This document shows, piece after piece, positions 20,248 through 30,279 of a stretch of DNA of 64,000 nt. Location: contig CAYUHG010000003.1 in assembly GCA_964444545.1 (NCBI GenBank), forward strand, positions 36,106 to 100,105, given 5' to 3'. The notes beneath the pieces were generated by a model. That model made no database searches, had not been told where the DNA came from, and saw only the letters and a list, made by a program, of their open reading frames with translations. Positions within the stretch are counted from its first letter, which is position 1. Each line of letters begins with the position of its first letter. The position numbers and the translations under genes are program-made. The DNA is from an uncultured Rhizobium sp. Lineage in GTDB: Bacteria; Pseudomonadota; Alphaproteobacteria; Rickettsiales; UBA1997.

Positions 20248-20796
20248 TTAATTATGTTTTTGGATTTTTTTCATAATCATTTCGCGCTTCAACTTCGAGA
20301 TATGATCAACGAAAGTTATGCCATTCAAATGATCGATTTCGTGTTGAATACAAGTCGCTAAAATTCCGTCCATCTCTTCAACGTGTTCTGCGCCATTTTC
20401 GTCCAGATATTTTACCTTCACGATCTCTGGCCTTACCACTTCTGAACGCGCACCAGGAAATGACAAACAACCTTCTTTGTAAGAAGAACATTCTTTAGAA
20501 GATTCAATAATTTCAGGATTTACGAAATAGCGGGGGTTAGTATTTTTAACGTGAATGCCACCACAATGATCGTGGTCATGATGATGGTGATCGTCAATTT
20601 CGTAATCGAGATCAATCACTAAAACTCTTTTTAATACACCGACTTGAACTGCTGCCAAACCAATACCATTTTCGGCGTACATTGTATTAACCATATCTTT
20701 CATAAAAAGACGAAGCGCATCGTCAATTTTTTCAACGGGCTTAGAAACCTTTTTTAACAAAGGATTAGGAGCGATTACTAGAGGAAGAATTTTCAT
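20248..20796 (-). CDS. def: Peptide deformylase with His/Asp-rich insertion
   Basis: Motifs GIGLAAVQVG, EGCLSFPG, HEIDHLNG. Insertion DDHHHHDHDHCGG lies between motifs 1 and 2. Confidence 0.9.
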   Translation of the reverse strand: MKILPLVIAPNPLLKKVSKPVEKIDDALRLFMKDMVNTMYAENGIGLAAVQVGVLKRVLVIDLDYEIDDHHHHDHDHCGGIHVKNTNPRYFVNPEIIESSKECSSYKEGCLSFPGARSEVVRPEIVKVKYLDENGAEHVEEMDGILATCIQHEIDHLNGITFVDHISKLKREMIMKKIQKHN

Positions 20797-21371
20797 TATT
20801 TTGTGAGAATTTTTTTAAGAGATTCCGGATAAATACGATGCTCTTCTTTTAAGATTTTTGCCGCAAGAGTTTCTTTGGTATCACTTGCTAAAACCTCAAC
20901 TTCAGCTTGCATAATTATTGGACCAGAATCCATTTCTTCGCGAACGAAATGCACCGTACAACCAGATTTTTTCGCACCAGCTTTAATCGCATCACCAACA
21001 GCATCAGCGCCTTTAAATTCAGGTAGAAGTGAAGGATGAATATTGATCAACTTATCAAACCAACGCTCAACAAACCAAGGTGAAAGCAAACGCATAAAGC
21101 CTGCAAGACAAACAAACTGAGCACCAGATTTAGCAATTTCCTCGCTGACTTTTTTGTCAAAATCTTCGCGCGAAGAAAATTCGCGGTGATTTAAAAATGC
21201 AGTTTTGATTTTTTTTTCCGCAGCAAATTTCAAACCTTCAGCATCAATTTTATTCGACAACACAAGAACAACTTCAGCAGGAAAATTAGGATCTTCGCAA
21301 GCCTGTACAATAGATCGCATATTACTTCCGCGACCAGATATAAGAATCGCAATTTTTGTTTTTATCATCAT
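20796..21371 (-). CDS. purN: Phosphoribosylglycinamide formyltransferase
   Basis: ILISGRGSN, NIHPSLLP and MDSGPII are PurN motifs. Its stop overlaps the def start. Confidence 0.85.
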   Translation of the reverse strand: MMIKTKIAILISGRGSNMRSIVQACEDPNFPAEVVLVLSNKIDAEGLKFAAEKKIKTAFLNHREFSSREDFDKKVSEEIAKSGAQFVCLAGFMRLLSPWFVERWFDKLINIHPSLLPEFKGADAVGDAIKAGAKKSGCTVHFVREEMDSGPIIMQAEVEVLASDTKETLAAKILKEEHRIYPESLKKILTK

Positions 21372-21386
21372 TCGTAAGTATTCAGA

Positions 21387-21986
21387 TTAATTCCCGATAA
21401 ATGGCTGCAGAACAAGTTTACCCATCATTAAAACTCCATCCAGAGTCACAGTAATTGGAGTTAAAGCCGCAGCACATACTTTTTTCAATGGCCCCATTTT
21501 CTCGTTAATAAACAATTGATATGGTACAGATAATTCAGGCAGATTCGCTGTAGAAATATCTTGATCAAACCTTGGTAAATAACGTTTACCATTCAACTTG
21601 ACCCTCATGAAAAATAGGTCGTTTTTTTTATCATATTTGAACCCAACAGCCTGAAGAAACGCCCAATCTTCCCTTAGAAAATTTTTACTAACAGTTTCGA
21701 TAAAAATCTCACCCGCTAGATCATTTTTCTCATCAACCGTGATCGTAGTCTTATCTGTGTTAATAATCAGAATATCGCGCATATTCCATAACAAAATATC
21801 CTTCAAGAAACCACGCGGATCATATAAGACATAATGATAGTTATCGCCAATAAAAACTATGTATCTGGCATCTTTACTTACGACAAAATTTTCGATTCTG
21901 TCCTGATAACCATTTTTCCACAATGCACTCGTAATAGTGCAAGATGCCAACAAGAAAAAACTGAGTACTAAAAAAAACTTCTTCAT
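21387..21986 (-). CDS. Hypothetical lipoprotein
   Basis: MKKFFLVLSFFLLASC gives a signal peptide with a lipobox (LLASC). ATG 21986 is preferred over the longer ORF. No recognisable family. Confidence 0.5.
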   Translation of the reverse strand: MKKFFLVLSFFLLASCTITSALWKNGYQDRIENFVVSKDARYIVFIGDNYHYVLYDPRGFLKDILLWNMRDILIINTDKTTITVDEKNDLAGEIFIETVSKNFLREDWAFLQAVGFKYDKKNDLFFMRVKLNGKRYLPRFDQDISTANLPELSVPYQLFINEKMGPLKKVCAAALTPITVTLDGVLMMGKLVLQPFIGN

Positions 21987-22060
21987 CTTTGCTTTAATGG
22001 AAAAATGTATTCTGAAGTTGGACGTGGTATAAATCACGCCCAACTTCGAATAACAAAAAA

Positions 22061-23323
22061 TTACTTTTTACTTTTTGCGTTTGATCTGGCGCCGATTCTT
22101 AAGCGAAGAGCATTTAATTTAATGAATCCTGCTGCATCTTTTTGATCATAAACTGAATCTTCTTCAAAAGTTACGTGAGCTTCAGAATACAAGCTTTTTA
22201 CTGACTTACGAGAAACTACAGTAGCAGAACCTTTGTAGAGTTTCATAGTTACAGAACCTTCGACATTGTCTTGTGATTTATCGATCAAAGCTTGCAACAT
22301 TTCGCGTTCTGGCGAGAACCAGAAACCGTTGTAAATCAAACTTGCATATCTTGGCATCAACTCATCTTTCAAATGCGCTGCTTCACGATCCAAAGTGATT
22401 GATTCAATCGCACGGTGCGCTGCCAACATAATTGTGCCACCAGGAGTTTCATAAACACCGCGAGATTTCATACCAACGAAACGGTTTTCAACTAAGTCTA
22501 AACGACCAATTCCGTTAGCGCCGCCAAGTTCGTTCAATTTGGTTAGAATTTCATGTGGCTTCATTTTTTTGCCATTAATGGCAATCGGATCACCTTTTTT
22601 ATATTCAATTTCGATGATTGTAGCCTTATTTGGAGCATCTTCAGGGCTAACAGTTCTTTGATAAACATATTCTGGCGCTGGCTGTGAAGGATCTTCTAAA
22701 ACTTTACCTTCAGATGAAGTGTGAAGCAAGTTAGCATCAACAGAATAAGGAGCTTCGCCACGTTTATCTTTAGCAACCGGAATCTGATTTTTTTCAGCGT
22801 AATCGATTAATTTCGTACGTGAATTTAAATCCCACTCTCTCCACGGCGCGATGATTTTGATGTCAGGTTTGTTGGCATAGTAAGAAAGTTCAAAACGAAC
22901 TTGGTCATTTCCTTTTCCAGTTGCACCGTGAGCAACCGCATCAGCACCAACCATTTTAGCAATCTCGATTTGACGTTTTGCAATCAATGGACGGGCAATC
23001 GAAGTTCCTAAAAGATAAACACCTTCGTAAACTGTGTTAGCGCGGAACATTGGAAACACGTAATCGCGAACAAATTCTTCGCGCAGATCTTCAATAAAGA
23101 TTTCTCTCACACCAAGCTTTTGAGCTTTTTTGCGAGCCGGCTCAAGTTCCTCACCTTGGCCTAAATCAGCGGTAAAAGTCACCACTTCACAATCATAATT
23201 TTCTTGTAACCATTTCAAAATAACCGAGGTATCAAGACCACCAGAATAAGCCAATACGACTTTTTTTACTGCTCTAGTAGAAGTACTTTTTGGCGCAGCA
23301 TTTTTGCTTTTTTGATTTTTCAT
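22061..23323 (-). CDS. argG: Argininosuccinate synthase
   Basis: [12 protein letters not shown]-pyrophosphatase motif, [12 protein letters not shown], and the length and order typical of ArgG. Confidence 0.95.
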   Translation of the reverse strand: MKNQKSKNAAPKSTSTRAVKKVVLAYSGGLDTSVILKWLQENYDCEVVTFTADLGQGEELEPARKKAQKLGVREIFIEDLREEFVRDYVFPMFRANTVYEGVYLLGTSIARPLIAKRQIEIAKMVGADAVAHGATGKGNDQVRFELSYYANKPDIKIIAPWREWDLNSRTKLIDYAEKNQIPVAKDKRGEAPYSVDANLLHTSSEGKVLEDPSQPAPEYVYQRTVSPEDAPNKATIIEIEYKKGDPIAINGKKMKPHEILTKLNELGGANGIGRLDLVENRFVGMKSRGVYETPGGTIMLAAHRAIESITLDREAAHLKDELMPRYASLIYNGFWFSPEREMLQALIDKSQDNVEGSVTMKLYKGSATVVSRKSVKSLYSEAHVTFEEDSVYDQKDAAGFIKLNALRLRIGARSNAKSKK

Positions 23324-23426
23324 TTGAAAGTTTTTGATTGATTAATAAATTAACCTGCGATTTTTAAGAAGTGCCTTCAGGGCTGATCTGTAGCCGTCTC
23401 AGCCATAATTCTCAAACAGAAATAAA

Positions 23427-23861
23427 ATGCAAATAAAAGAAATTCAAAATCGCGAAGAAATTATTCAAACCTTTAGAGTGTTAGTGCAAATTTACAGCGA
23501 ATTGCAGGAAGAATCTTACGTTGAAGATATTTTAAACATGATGCAACGAGGCTACAAAATGGCCGGCGTTTTTGATGGTGATGAATCTGGTCCGATTAAT
23601 TGTATCGGAGTTGTTGGAGTTCGTATTATCAGAAAATTACACTTCGGCAAAGCTATCGAGATTGAAGATTTTATGATTGATCGCGAAAAACGTGGTATCG
23701 GAGTTGGCAAAATGTTGATGCGCTGGGTTGATTGGCAGGCAGCAAACTTTGGTTGCAGCAATATTATCGGGGTTCTTGAAACTAAACGTCTTGAATCTCA
23801 GAAAATTTTTTCCCGCGAAAAATTCAATTTGGACGGATTCTTTTTCAAAAAATCTTGCTAG
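23427..23861 (+). CDS. GNAT family N-acetyltransferase
   Basis: 144 aa. Acetyl-CoA binding motif A-like REKRGIGVGKMLM. Confidence 0.6.
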   Translation: MQIKEIQNREEIIQTFRVLVQIYSELQEESYVEDILNMMQRGYKMAGVFDGDESGPINCIGVVGVRIIRKLHFGKAIEIEDFMIDREKRGIGVGKMLMRWVDWQAANFGCSNIIGVLETKRLESQKIFSREKFNLDGFFFKKSC

Positions 23862-23865
23862 TTTG

Positions 23866-24756
23866 ATGAAGAGAAAAAACTCAAAATTAATTCATTTTTT
23901 CCGCAAATATTGTATACTTCCGGTAAAAATTTTACGGATCGCGATCTTTGATACTGTAAAGCAAGACGGAATTGAACATGCTGGATATCTTGCATTTTTG
24001 AGCATTCTTTCTCTCTTCCCCTTTTTGATTTTTTTAGCAGCAATTATCGGTTTCATTGGCGCTTCTGAAGTTGGCAGTAATTTCATCAACTCAATTTTAA
24101 ACTCAGCACCACAAGAAATGGTGCAAGCTCTAGCTCCGCGCATTAACGAAATTATTTCAGGTCCGCCGCAAACTTTTCTAACACTCGCAATTATTGGTGT
24201 AATTTGGACTGCATCTTCATCGGTTGAAGGTTGCCGTACTATTCTTAATCGGGCCTATAGAATTCACTATCCGCCACCATATATCTTTCGCCGTCTCGTC
24301 AGTATCGCTCAGTTTTTTGTTATAATTTTTATTGTGGTTAGTGGCATTGTGGTTTTCGTTGTCGCGCCAAATATTTTAAAAGAAGTTGAAAAAGGACTGC
24401 GGCTGAGCTTACGCATAGATTACGATTTTTATTACATTCGTTACTTTGCGATTTTTTTCTTATTAGTTACGGCAACTTCTTTGCTTTATTTCGCTTTACC
24501 AAATGCCAAACAAAAGTTCAGTCAAACCGTTCCAGGATCAATATTAGCAGTAGTTTTATGGACGTGTCTTGAGCACTTTTTCTCACTTTATTTGGCAAAT
24601 TTTCATCAATTTAGTTTTATTTACGGATCGCTTGCCGGAGTAATAATCTCTTTGATGTTCTTTTATTTGATCAGCTTGATTTTCATCTTAGGTGCCGAAT
24701 TCAACTATCACTACCATCGCACTTACAAAATATTCTTACCTAAACCACAAAAATGA
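23866..24756 (+). CDS. YihY/virulence factor BrkB family membrane protein
   Basis: GIEHAGYLAFLSILSLFPFLIFL and 5-6 TM helices. ATG 23866 is preferred, because the ORF-track start 23728 would overlap the GNAT gene by 134 nt. Confidence 0.75.
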   Translation: MKRKNSKLIHFFRKYCILPVKILRIAIFDTVKQDGIEHAGYLAFLSILSLFPFLIFLAAIIGFIGASEVGSNFINSILNSAPQEMVQALAPRINEIISGPPQTFLTLAIIGVIWTASSSVEGCRTILNRAYRIHYPPPYIFRRLVSIAQFFVIIFIVVSGIVVFVVAPNILKEVEKGLRLSLRIDYDFYYIRYFAIFFLLVTATSLLYFALPNAKQKFSQTVPGSILAVVLWTCLEHFFSLYLANFHQFSFIYGSLAGVIISLMFFYLISLIFILGAEFNYHYHRTYKIFLPKPQK

Positions 24757-26054
24757 AGTTCCCTTTTTGGCCAGATTTTAGTGGTTATCGCAACATTGAA
24801 TTGGGTTTGTCGAGAGTTTACAAATTGCTTGAACGTCTTGATAATCCACATTTAAAAATTCCGCCAACAATACATCTTGCCGGCACTAATGGCAAGGGCT
24901 CAACCCTTTCATTCTTGAAGGAAATTTTTACTGAAAATGGCTATAAAGTTCATACATACACTTCGCCACATTTAGTAAATTTTAATGAAAGAATTGTTTT
25001 AGCGGGCGAAGAAATTTCCGACAGTTTTTTGACTGAAATTTTAAATGAATGCAAAAAGGCAGCAGAAAAATCACCAGCCATTCCAGTAACTTTTTTTGAA
25101 GGAATTACTGTAGCTGCTTTTCTCGCTTTCAGCCGCATTGAAGCTGATATTCTTCTACTTGAAACTGGAATGGGTGGTAGACTTGATGCCACCAACGTTT
25201 TGCCTAAAGTTTTGTGTTCAATTATTACGCCAATTGCCTTTGATCACACCGATTTTTTAGGAAAATCTCTGAGCAAAATTGCTTTTGAAAAAGGCGGAAT
25301 TATCAAAAATAATTGTCCAGTAATTATCGCCAAACAAAAAAAATCAGCACTAAAAATTCTCGAAGAACAAGCTTCTAAATCAAAGTCCGAAACCAAAATA
25401 TTTGGCAATGATTGGAAAATTAAGAAGCAGAGAAATGGATTTTTATTTGAAATGTTTGGACAAAAAATCACGTTCCCAAACCCATCTCTTGCCGGAGAAC
25501 ATCAAATTGAAAATGCTAGTACAGCAATCGCTGCAGCTCTCACTCAGAAGCAATTCTCAATCACAGAAGATAAAATTAAATCTGCCCTAAGAAAAGCTTC
25601 GTGGCCAGCAAGATTACAAAAAATTGAATCAGGAAAATTCTTTAAAATGATTCCCAAAAACTGCGAATTGTATCTTGATGGAAGTCATAATCTGCAAGGT
25701 TCTGGCACTTTAAAGAAGTTTTTTAACCTAAACAAAAACAAGAAAATTTTTGTGATCTTTTCGATGTTACAAGATAAAGATTGTGCAGGATTTTTACAAA
25801 AAATTGCGTCCGGAACTGATATTTTAATTGCCCTGACAATTCCTGATGAAGCGAAGTCCAGAAAGGCTAAAGAGATCGTAAAAATTGCCCAAGACTGTAG
25901 AATAAAAGCGCAGGAAGCGCATGATTTTTCTCAAGCTTTTACTCAAGTTACACAGCTAATCAAGAAAGGTGAGCCATCTCTTATAGTTGTATGCGGATCA
26001 CTATATTTGGCAGGAAGTTTTTTGGATCAAAACCTATCGAATGATGTAGTCTAG
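24753..26054 (+). CDS. folC: Bifunctional folylpolyglutamate synthase / dihydrofolate synthase
   Basis: Mur-ligase P-loop GTNGKGST, LLETGMGGRLDATN, DGSHN. Its ATG overlaps the stop of the previous gene (ATGA). Confidence 0.85.
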   Translation: MKFPFWPDFSGYRNIELGLSRVYKLLERLDNPHLKIPPTIHLAGTNGKGSTLSFLKEIFTENGYKVHTYTSPHLVNFNERIVLAGEEISDSFLTEILNECKKAAEKSPAIPVTFFEGITVAAFLAFSRIEADILLLETGMGGRLDATNVLPKVLCSIITPIAFDHTDFLGKSLSKIAFEKGGIIKNNCPVIIAKQKKSALKILEEQASKSKSETKIFGNDWKIKKQRNGFLFEMFGQKITFPNPSLAGEHQIENASTAIAAALTQKQFSITEDKIKSALRKASWPARLQKIESGKFFKMIPKNCELYLDGSHNLQGSGTLKKFFNLNKNKKIFVIFSMLQDKDCAGFLQKIASGTDILIALTIPDEAKSRKAKEIVKIAQDCRIKAQEAHDFSQAFTQVTQLIKKGEPSLIVVCGSLYLAGSFLDQNLSNDVV

Positions 26055-26447
26055 AAACTGGGCAACACAATAAGCATCAATAACCATCGTGACAAAAATT
26101 GGATCCCATTTTGTGAACGATTCTTGCAACAAAATTTTTCTCATGAGTTTTTTTGGAAACTCCTTACGTCTTTCAGCACGTAGTTTTCGTTTTTCTTCCT
26201 TAGTAAGTTTAGGTTTTTTTGGTGAACATTTTTTTAACACGTAAATGTGCCAAACGAAGTAACAAATCAAAACTGCTGAAACAACGGCACCAAAGAGATA
26301 AACGTGAGAAGCTCTAATAATTTTGTTGGCAATAAATGCGACAACATAAGCTGAAATCCCCCACCAGTAAATTAGTGCTGACGTGCTTTCTTCGCCTCTC
26401 AGAGCTGCTTTAAAAGAAGCTTCAACTTTGCTAAAAATGTCATTCAT
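26034..26447 (-). CDS. Small hypothetical membrane protein with Lys-rich segment
   Basis: Two hydrophobic helices, then KKCSPKKPKLTKEEKRKLRAERRKEFPKK. Begins 5 nt downstream of the nuoC stop on the same strand. No family recognised. Confidence 0.4.
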   Translation of the reverse strand: MNDIFSKVEASFKAALRGEESTSALIYWWGISAYVVAFIANKIIRASHVYLFGAVVSAVLICYFVWHIYVLKKCSPKKPKLTKEEKRKLRAERRKEFPKKLMRKILLQESFTKWDPIFVTMVIDAYCVAQFLDYIIR

Positions 26448-26452
26448 AAATA

Positions 26453-27058
26453 TTAAGATTTGTTCTTATTATCACTCTGAACCGCGTATTTTGCACCTTC
26501 CCAAGGCATCTCAAAATCAAAGTTGCGAAATTCTTGCATAAGCTTAACTGGTTCGTAAACAACTTTCTTCTGTTGCTCGTCATAACGAACTTCTTTGTAT
26601 CCGGTAAGCGGGAAATCTTTTCTCAAAGGATGACCTTCGAAACCATAATCTGTAAGGATGCGACGCAAATCAGGATTACCAGCGAAAACGATGCCATACA
26701 TATCAAAAGCTTCACGTTCAAACCATCCAGCACCGGTAAAAACTGAAACAGCACTCGGAACTTTTTGACCATCTTCAACAGCAACTTTGATGGTGATTCG
26801 ATTGTTTAATTTCAAGCTGAGTAAATTATAGATCACTTCAAAACGCGGCGAACGTACACCAAGCATGTCGGCACCGAAAATATCGATGAAACATTTGAAA
26901 GAGAGATTGGAATCATCACGCAAAAATTTCAGAAAATTTAAAATTTTATCTGGCGCAACGTAAATGATTAGATTGTCAAAAGCGATTGGTTCAACAACAT
27001 TGGCGCCTTCGAAATTTGCTTTAATGTAGTCAGCTTGAGCTTGAAGATTCTTGATCAT
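26453..27058 (-). CDS. nuoC: NADH-quinone oxidoreductase subunit C
   Basis: [46 protein letters not shown] is the Nqo5/NuoC signature. Confidence 0.9.
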   Translation of the reverse strand: MIKNLQAQADYIKANFEGANVVEPIAFDNLIIYVAPDKILNFLKFLRDDSNLSFKCFIDIFGADMLGVRSPRFEVIYNLLSLKLNNRITIKVAVEDGQKVPSAVSVFTGAGWFEREAFDMYGIVFAGNPDLRRILTDYGFEGHPLRKDFPLTGYKEVRYDEQQKKVVYEPVKLMQEFRNFDFEMPWEGAKYAVQSDNKNKS

Positions 27059-27579
27059 TATCTGTTAAATTTTCCGGTTCTTTTGATTTTTCTTTGTAAA
27101 ACTAAAACGCCGTAAAGTAGGCCTTCAGCGGTTGGAGGACATCCTGGAACATAAACGTCAACAGGAACGATGCGATCGCAACCTCTTACAACTGAATAAG
27201 AATAATGGTAATAGCCGCCGCCATTAGCGCAGCTTCCCATTGAAATTACATAACGTGGTTCGGCCATTTGATCGTAAACTTTACGAAGTGCTGGCGCCAT
27301 TTTATTAGTCAAAGTTCCCGCAACAATCATAACGTCAGATTGGCGAGGTGATGGACGGAAAATCATACCGAAACGGTCAAGATCATAACGGCTCGCCGCA
27401 GTTTGCATCATTTCAACAGCGCAACAAGCCAGACCGAAAGTCATCGGCCAAAGTGAACCAGTACGCGCCCAGTTAACCAATTCATCAATTTTCGCGGTAA
27501 CAAATCCGCGATTATTCATGTCTTCAGAAACTTGATTTAGAAGAGCGTCTTGGTTTAGCGGACTAAGATTATGCAACAT
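27058..27579 (-). CDS. nuoB: NADH-quinone oxidoreductase subunit B
   Basis: [20 protein letters not shown] and PGCPP are the N2-cluster Cys motifs. Confidence 0.95.
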   Translation of the reverse strand: MLHNLSPLNQDALLNQVSEDMNNRGFVTAKIDELVNWARTGSLWPMTFGLACCAVEMMQTAASRYDLDRFGMIFRPSPRQSDVMIVAGTLTNKMAPALRKVYDQMAEPRYVISMGSCANGGGYYHYSYSVVRGCDRIVPVDVYVPGCPPTAEGLLYGVLVLQRKIKRTGKFNR

Positions 27580-27594
27580 TTTTTAAGAGTTTTA

Positions 27595-28008
27595 TTATTT
27601 CCATTCGAGAGCGCCACGCATCCATTCGTAAATGAAGCCGACAGTTAAAAGTGTTAAGAAAAACATCATCGACCAAAAGCCGAAAGCACCGATTTTAGTA
27701 AGCGAAACTGCCCACGGAAACAAGAAGGCAATTTCCAAATCGAAAATTATAAAGAGAATAGCGACTAAATAAAATTGTACGTTGAACTCGTTACGAACTG
27801 GTCCTTCACCTTCAAAACCACACTCATATTGCGAAAGTTTTTCACGATCTGGTTTTGATTTAGCAACGATGAAAGGCACTAAGATAATTGCGCAAGAAAG
27901 GCCGATAGCGATTACAAGAAATAACAAAATCGGCAAATATTGTGAAGACAACAAATCAATGCCGGAAACAGCGTTGACAGTCTTTGAGATGGTTTCGATA
28001 CCGCTCAT
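27595..28008 (-). CDS. nuoA: NADH-quinone oxidoreductase subunit A
   Basis: Three TM helices and YECGFE plus FDLEIAFLFPWA motifs. Confidence 0.85.
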   Translation of the reverse strand: MSGIETISKTVNAVSGIDLLSSQYLPILLFLVIAIGLSCAIILVPFIVAKSKPDREKLSQYECGFEGEGPVRNEFNVQFYLVAILFIIFDLEIAFLFPWAVSLTKIGAFGFWSMMFFLTLLTVGFIYEWMRGALEWK

Positions 28009-28138
28009 TATTTTTTATTATTGTTGATTGTGTTTTAGAGAATGGCGACTTAATAAATGCAAAGTCACTAAATAATTTTCTAGAATTTCGACCAGAAATT
28101 ATTTACCTCCGAGCAGAAAATCAATTTAAAATTCTAAC

Positions 28139-29008
28139 ATGATTGCAGAAACATTTACGGCACTTATTACACCTTTCAAAAACGGCAAAATTGATGAAAA
28201 ATCTTTGGAAAAATTAGTTGAATTCCAAATTGCAAATGGTGTTGACGGAATTGTTCCTTGCGGCACAACTGGTGAGTCTCCAACTCTATCTCACGAAGAA
28301 CATAATTTGGTTATTGATCTGTGCGTTAAAATCGCCAATAAACGCGTAAAAGTTATGGCGGGAACTGGATCAAATTCTACTGCTGAAGCGATTGCTATGA
28401 CTAATCACGCTAAAGAAATCGGCGCTGATTCTTGTTTGATTGTTGCTCCTTACTACAACAAACCAACCCCAGAAGGTGTTTATCAACATTTCAAAGCTTT
28501 AAACGAATGTGATATCCCTTTAATCGTTTACAACATTCCGGGACGTTCAGTAATTAATATCTCTGACGAAAATTTGGCGCGTATTGCTGAGTTGAAAAAT
28601 GTTGCCGGAATTAAAGATGCAACTGGCGATTTAGCTCGTGTTGCTAGCTTGCGCTTGTTGATCAAAAAACCATTTTCTTATTTGTCAGGCGAAGATGCTA
28701 CTGTTGTTGGATTCAACGCTATGGGCGGCAACGGTGTGATTTCAGTTACTTCAAATATCGCACCAAAATTAGTTTCTGACTTACAAAAATTTACTGCTAA
28801 AGGCGATTTCAAATCTGCTTTAGAAATCCAAGACAAACTTACCAGCCTTCACGCTGCAATGTTTTGCGAAACCAATCCAATTCCAATTAAATATGCTGCA
28901 AGCTTGATGGGATTGTGTAACGGTGAAATTCGTCTTCCTTTAGTTGAGCCTTCTGCAGGTGCTAAAGCAAGAATCGAATCTGAAATGAAGAAATTAGGAC
29001 TTATTTAG
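28139..29008 (+). CDS. dapA: 4-hydroxy-tetrahydrodipicolinate synthase
   Basis: GIVPCGTTGESPTLS, YYNKP, YNIPGRS, and the Schiff-base Lys context GIKDATGD. Confidence 0.9.
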   Translation: MIAETFTALITPFKNGKIDEKSLEKLVEFQIANGVDGIVPCGTTGESPTLSHEEHNLVIDLCVKIANKRVKVMAGTGSNSTAEAIAMTNHAKEIGADSCLIVAPYYNKPTPEGVYQHFKALNECDIPLIVYNIPGRSVINISDENLARIAELKNVAGIKDATGDLARVASLRLLIKKPFSYLSGEDATVVGFNAMGGNGVISVTSNIAPKLVSDLQKFTAKGDFKSALEIQDKLTSLHAAMFCETNPIPIKYAASLMGLCNGEIRLPLVEPSAGAKARIESEMKKLGLI

Positions 29009-30263
29009 CTAAAGTAAGCTTTTCCAAAAAAGTTAAGCTATCCGACAAGCTATCATTTCCAATTTTTTCCGCAGCTTGAGCTAGGGTAATTTTTTCTTTG
29101 CTAAATATTCCCGCCTTTTGTTCTAACACCAATATTCCGTAAGCATTAAAAGATACGCCACTTTCAAACCTAATACGATCAGAAGATAAAGTTTCTTTGG
29201 TAAAACTTTTTATCACCGCTACCAAATCCACTGGCAAATTTTTTCCAGAGAAAAGATTTTTTATTTCTTTTTGATAAGATTCTAAAATAGCGATTATTTC
29301 CTTGTTGGAATGAGCTTTAGCAATTTTTATAGCTTCTTCAATATTACCAATTCCCCACTGTAACAAAAGTGATAGAACTTCTTTTTTCCCTTTCGAAGCA
29401 GCCAAATATAAAATATCGTGACCAGAAGCAGTCTTGATATTTTTATCAGCACCATTTTCTAATAAAACTTGTGTTACCTTAACGTCACCAACGCTGATGC
29501 CAAATTGCAAAGCAGTTGTACCCGAAGTGGTTTTAAATTCTTTGTCAATTCCAGCTTTAATCAAAGCTAAGGTAACATCAGGAAATCCGCCAACTGCAGC
29601 ATAATGCAAAGCATTCATACAATGATTTTCTTCGGTAGTTTTCACATTTGTCTGCACTCTTTCTGCCAACAAAAATTCTACCACTGCTAAATGACCAAAC
29701 TCAGCTCCAACCAATAAAGGTGTTAATCCAAAAGATGTTTTTGCTTCTTTATCCGCACGATTAGCAATCAAAATTTTGATTACTTCTAAATGTCCACCTT
29801 TTGCTGCATAATGAATTGGTACCCATTCACGATCTTTTGGAGAAGATTTTGGGCTGATTTCAGCACCATTTTCCAATAAAACATTTACTACCTCAGCCCA
29901 ACCTCTTTTTGCCGCATGATGCAATGGCGTAAAAAAATTCTCATCACGAACAGAAGTATAAAACTTAGCATCGCGACCATCCATGGCTTTGCCAAAATCA
30001 CCATGATTAATATCCACCGTTACCAATTCTAAAACTCTTCTCAAAGATTCCGCAGCACCAAATTTTGCAGAAATATGCAAAATATTATTTCGCGGTTCAG
30101 CCAAAATATTTTTTACCTCTTCGCCATCCATTTTTGTCAGAATGTCGACATAATTGGCGATCAAGCTTCTTACTGTATCAAGATTCTCGAGGGAATTTTT
30201 TAAAATGATTTTGCCGGAAAATTCAGCAATTTTATCAGTAATTATGCTTAGTTCTTGATTCAT
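29001..30263 (-). CDS. Ankyrin-repeat protein (about 6-7 repeats)
   Basis: Repeated TPLHHAAKRGWAEVVNVLLENGA, VPIHYAAKGGHLEVIKILIANRA, NALHYAAVGGFPDVTLALIKAG and similar. No signal peptide is obvious. Confidence 0.8.
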   Translation of the reverse strand: MNQELSIITDKIAEFSGKIILKNSLENLDTVRSLIANYVDILTKMDGEEVKNILAEPRNNILHISAKFGAAESLRRVLELVTVDINHGDFGKAMDGRDAKFYTSVRDENFFTPLHHAAKRGWAEVVNVLLENGAEISPKSSPKDREWVPIHYAAKGGHLEVIKILIANRADKEAKTSFGLTPLLVGAEFGHLAVVEFLLAERVQTNVKTTEENHCMNALHYAAVGGFPDVTLALIKAGIDKEFKTTSGTTALQFGISVGDVKVTQVLLENGADKNIKTASGHDILYLAASKGKKEVLSLLLQWGIGNIEEAIKIAKAHSNKEIIAILESYQKEIKNLFSGKNLPVDLVAVIKSFTKETLSSDRIRFESGVSFNAYGILVLEQKAGIFSKEKITLAQAAEKIGNDSLSDSLTFLEKLTLAK

Positions 30264-30279
30264 TTTAGCTTAAATTAGA

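Noticed and set aside
23728-23865. Upstream extension of the YihY/BrkB-family ORF (track start 23728)
   Set aside because: It would overlap the GNAT gene by 134 nt. The ATG at 23866 sits 5 nt after the GNAT stop, just upstream of the first conserved YihY segment.
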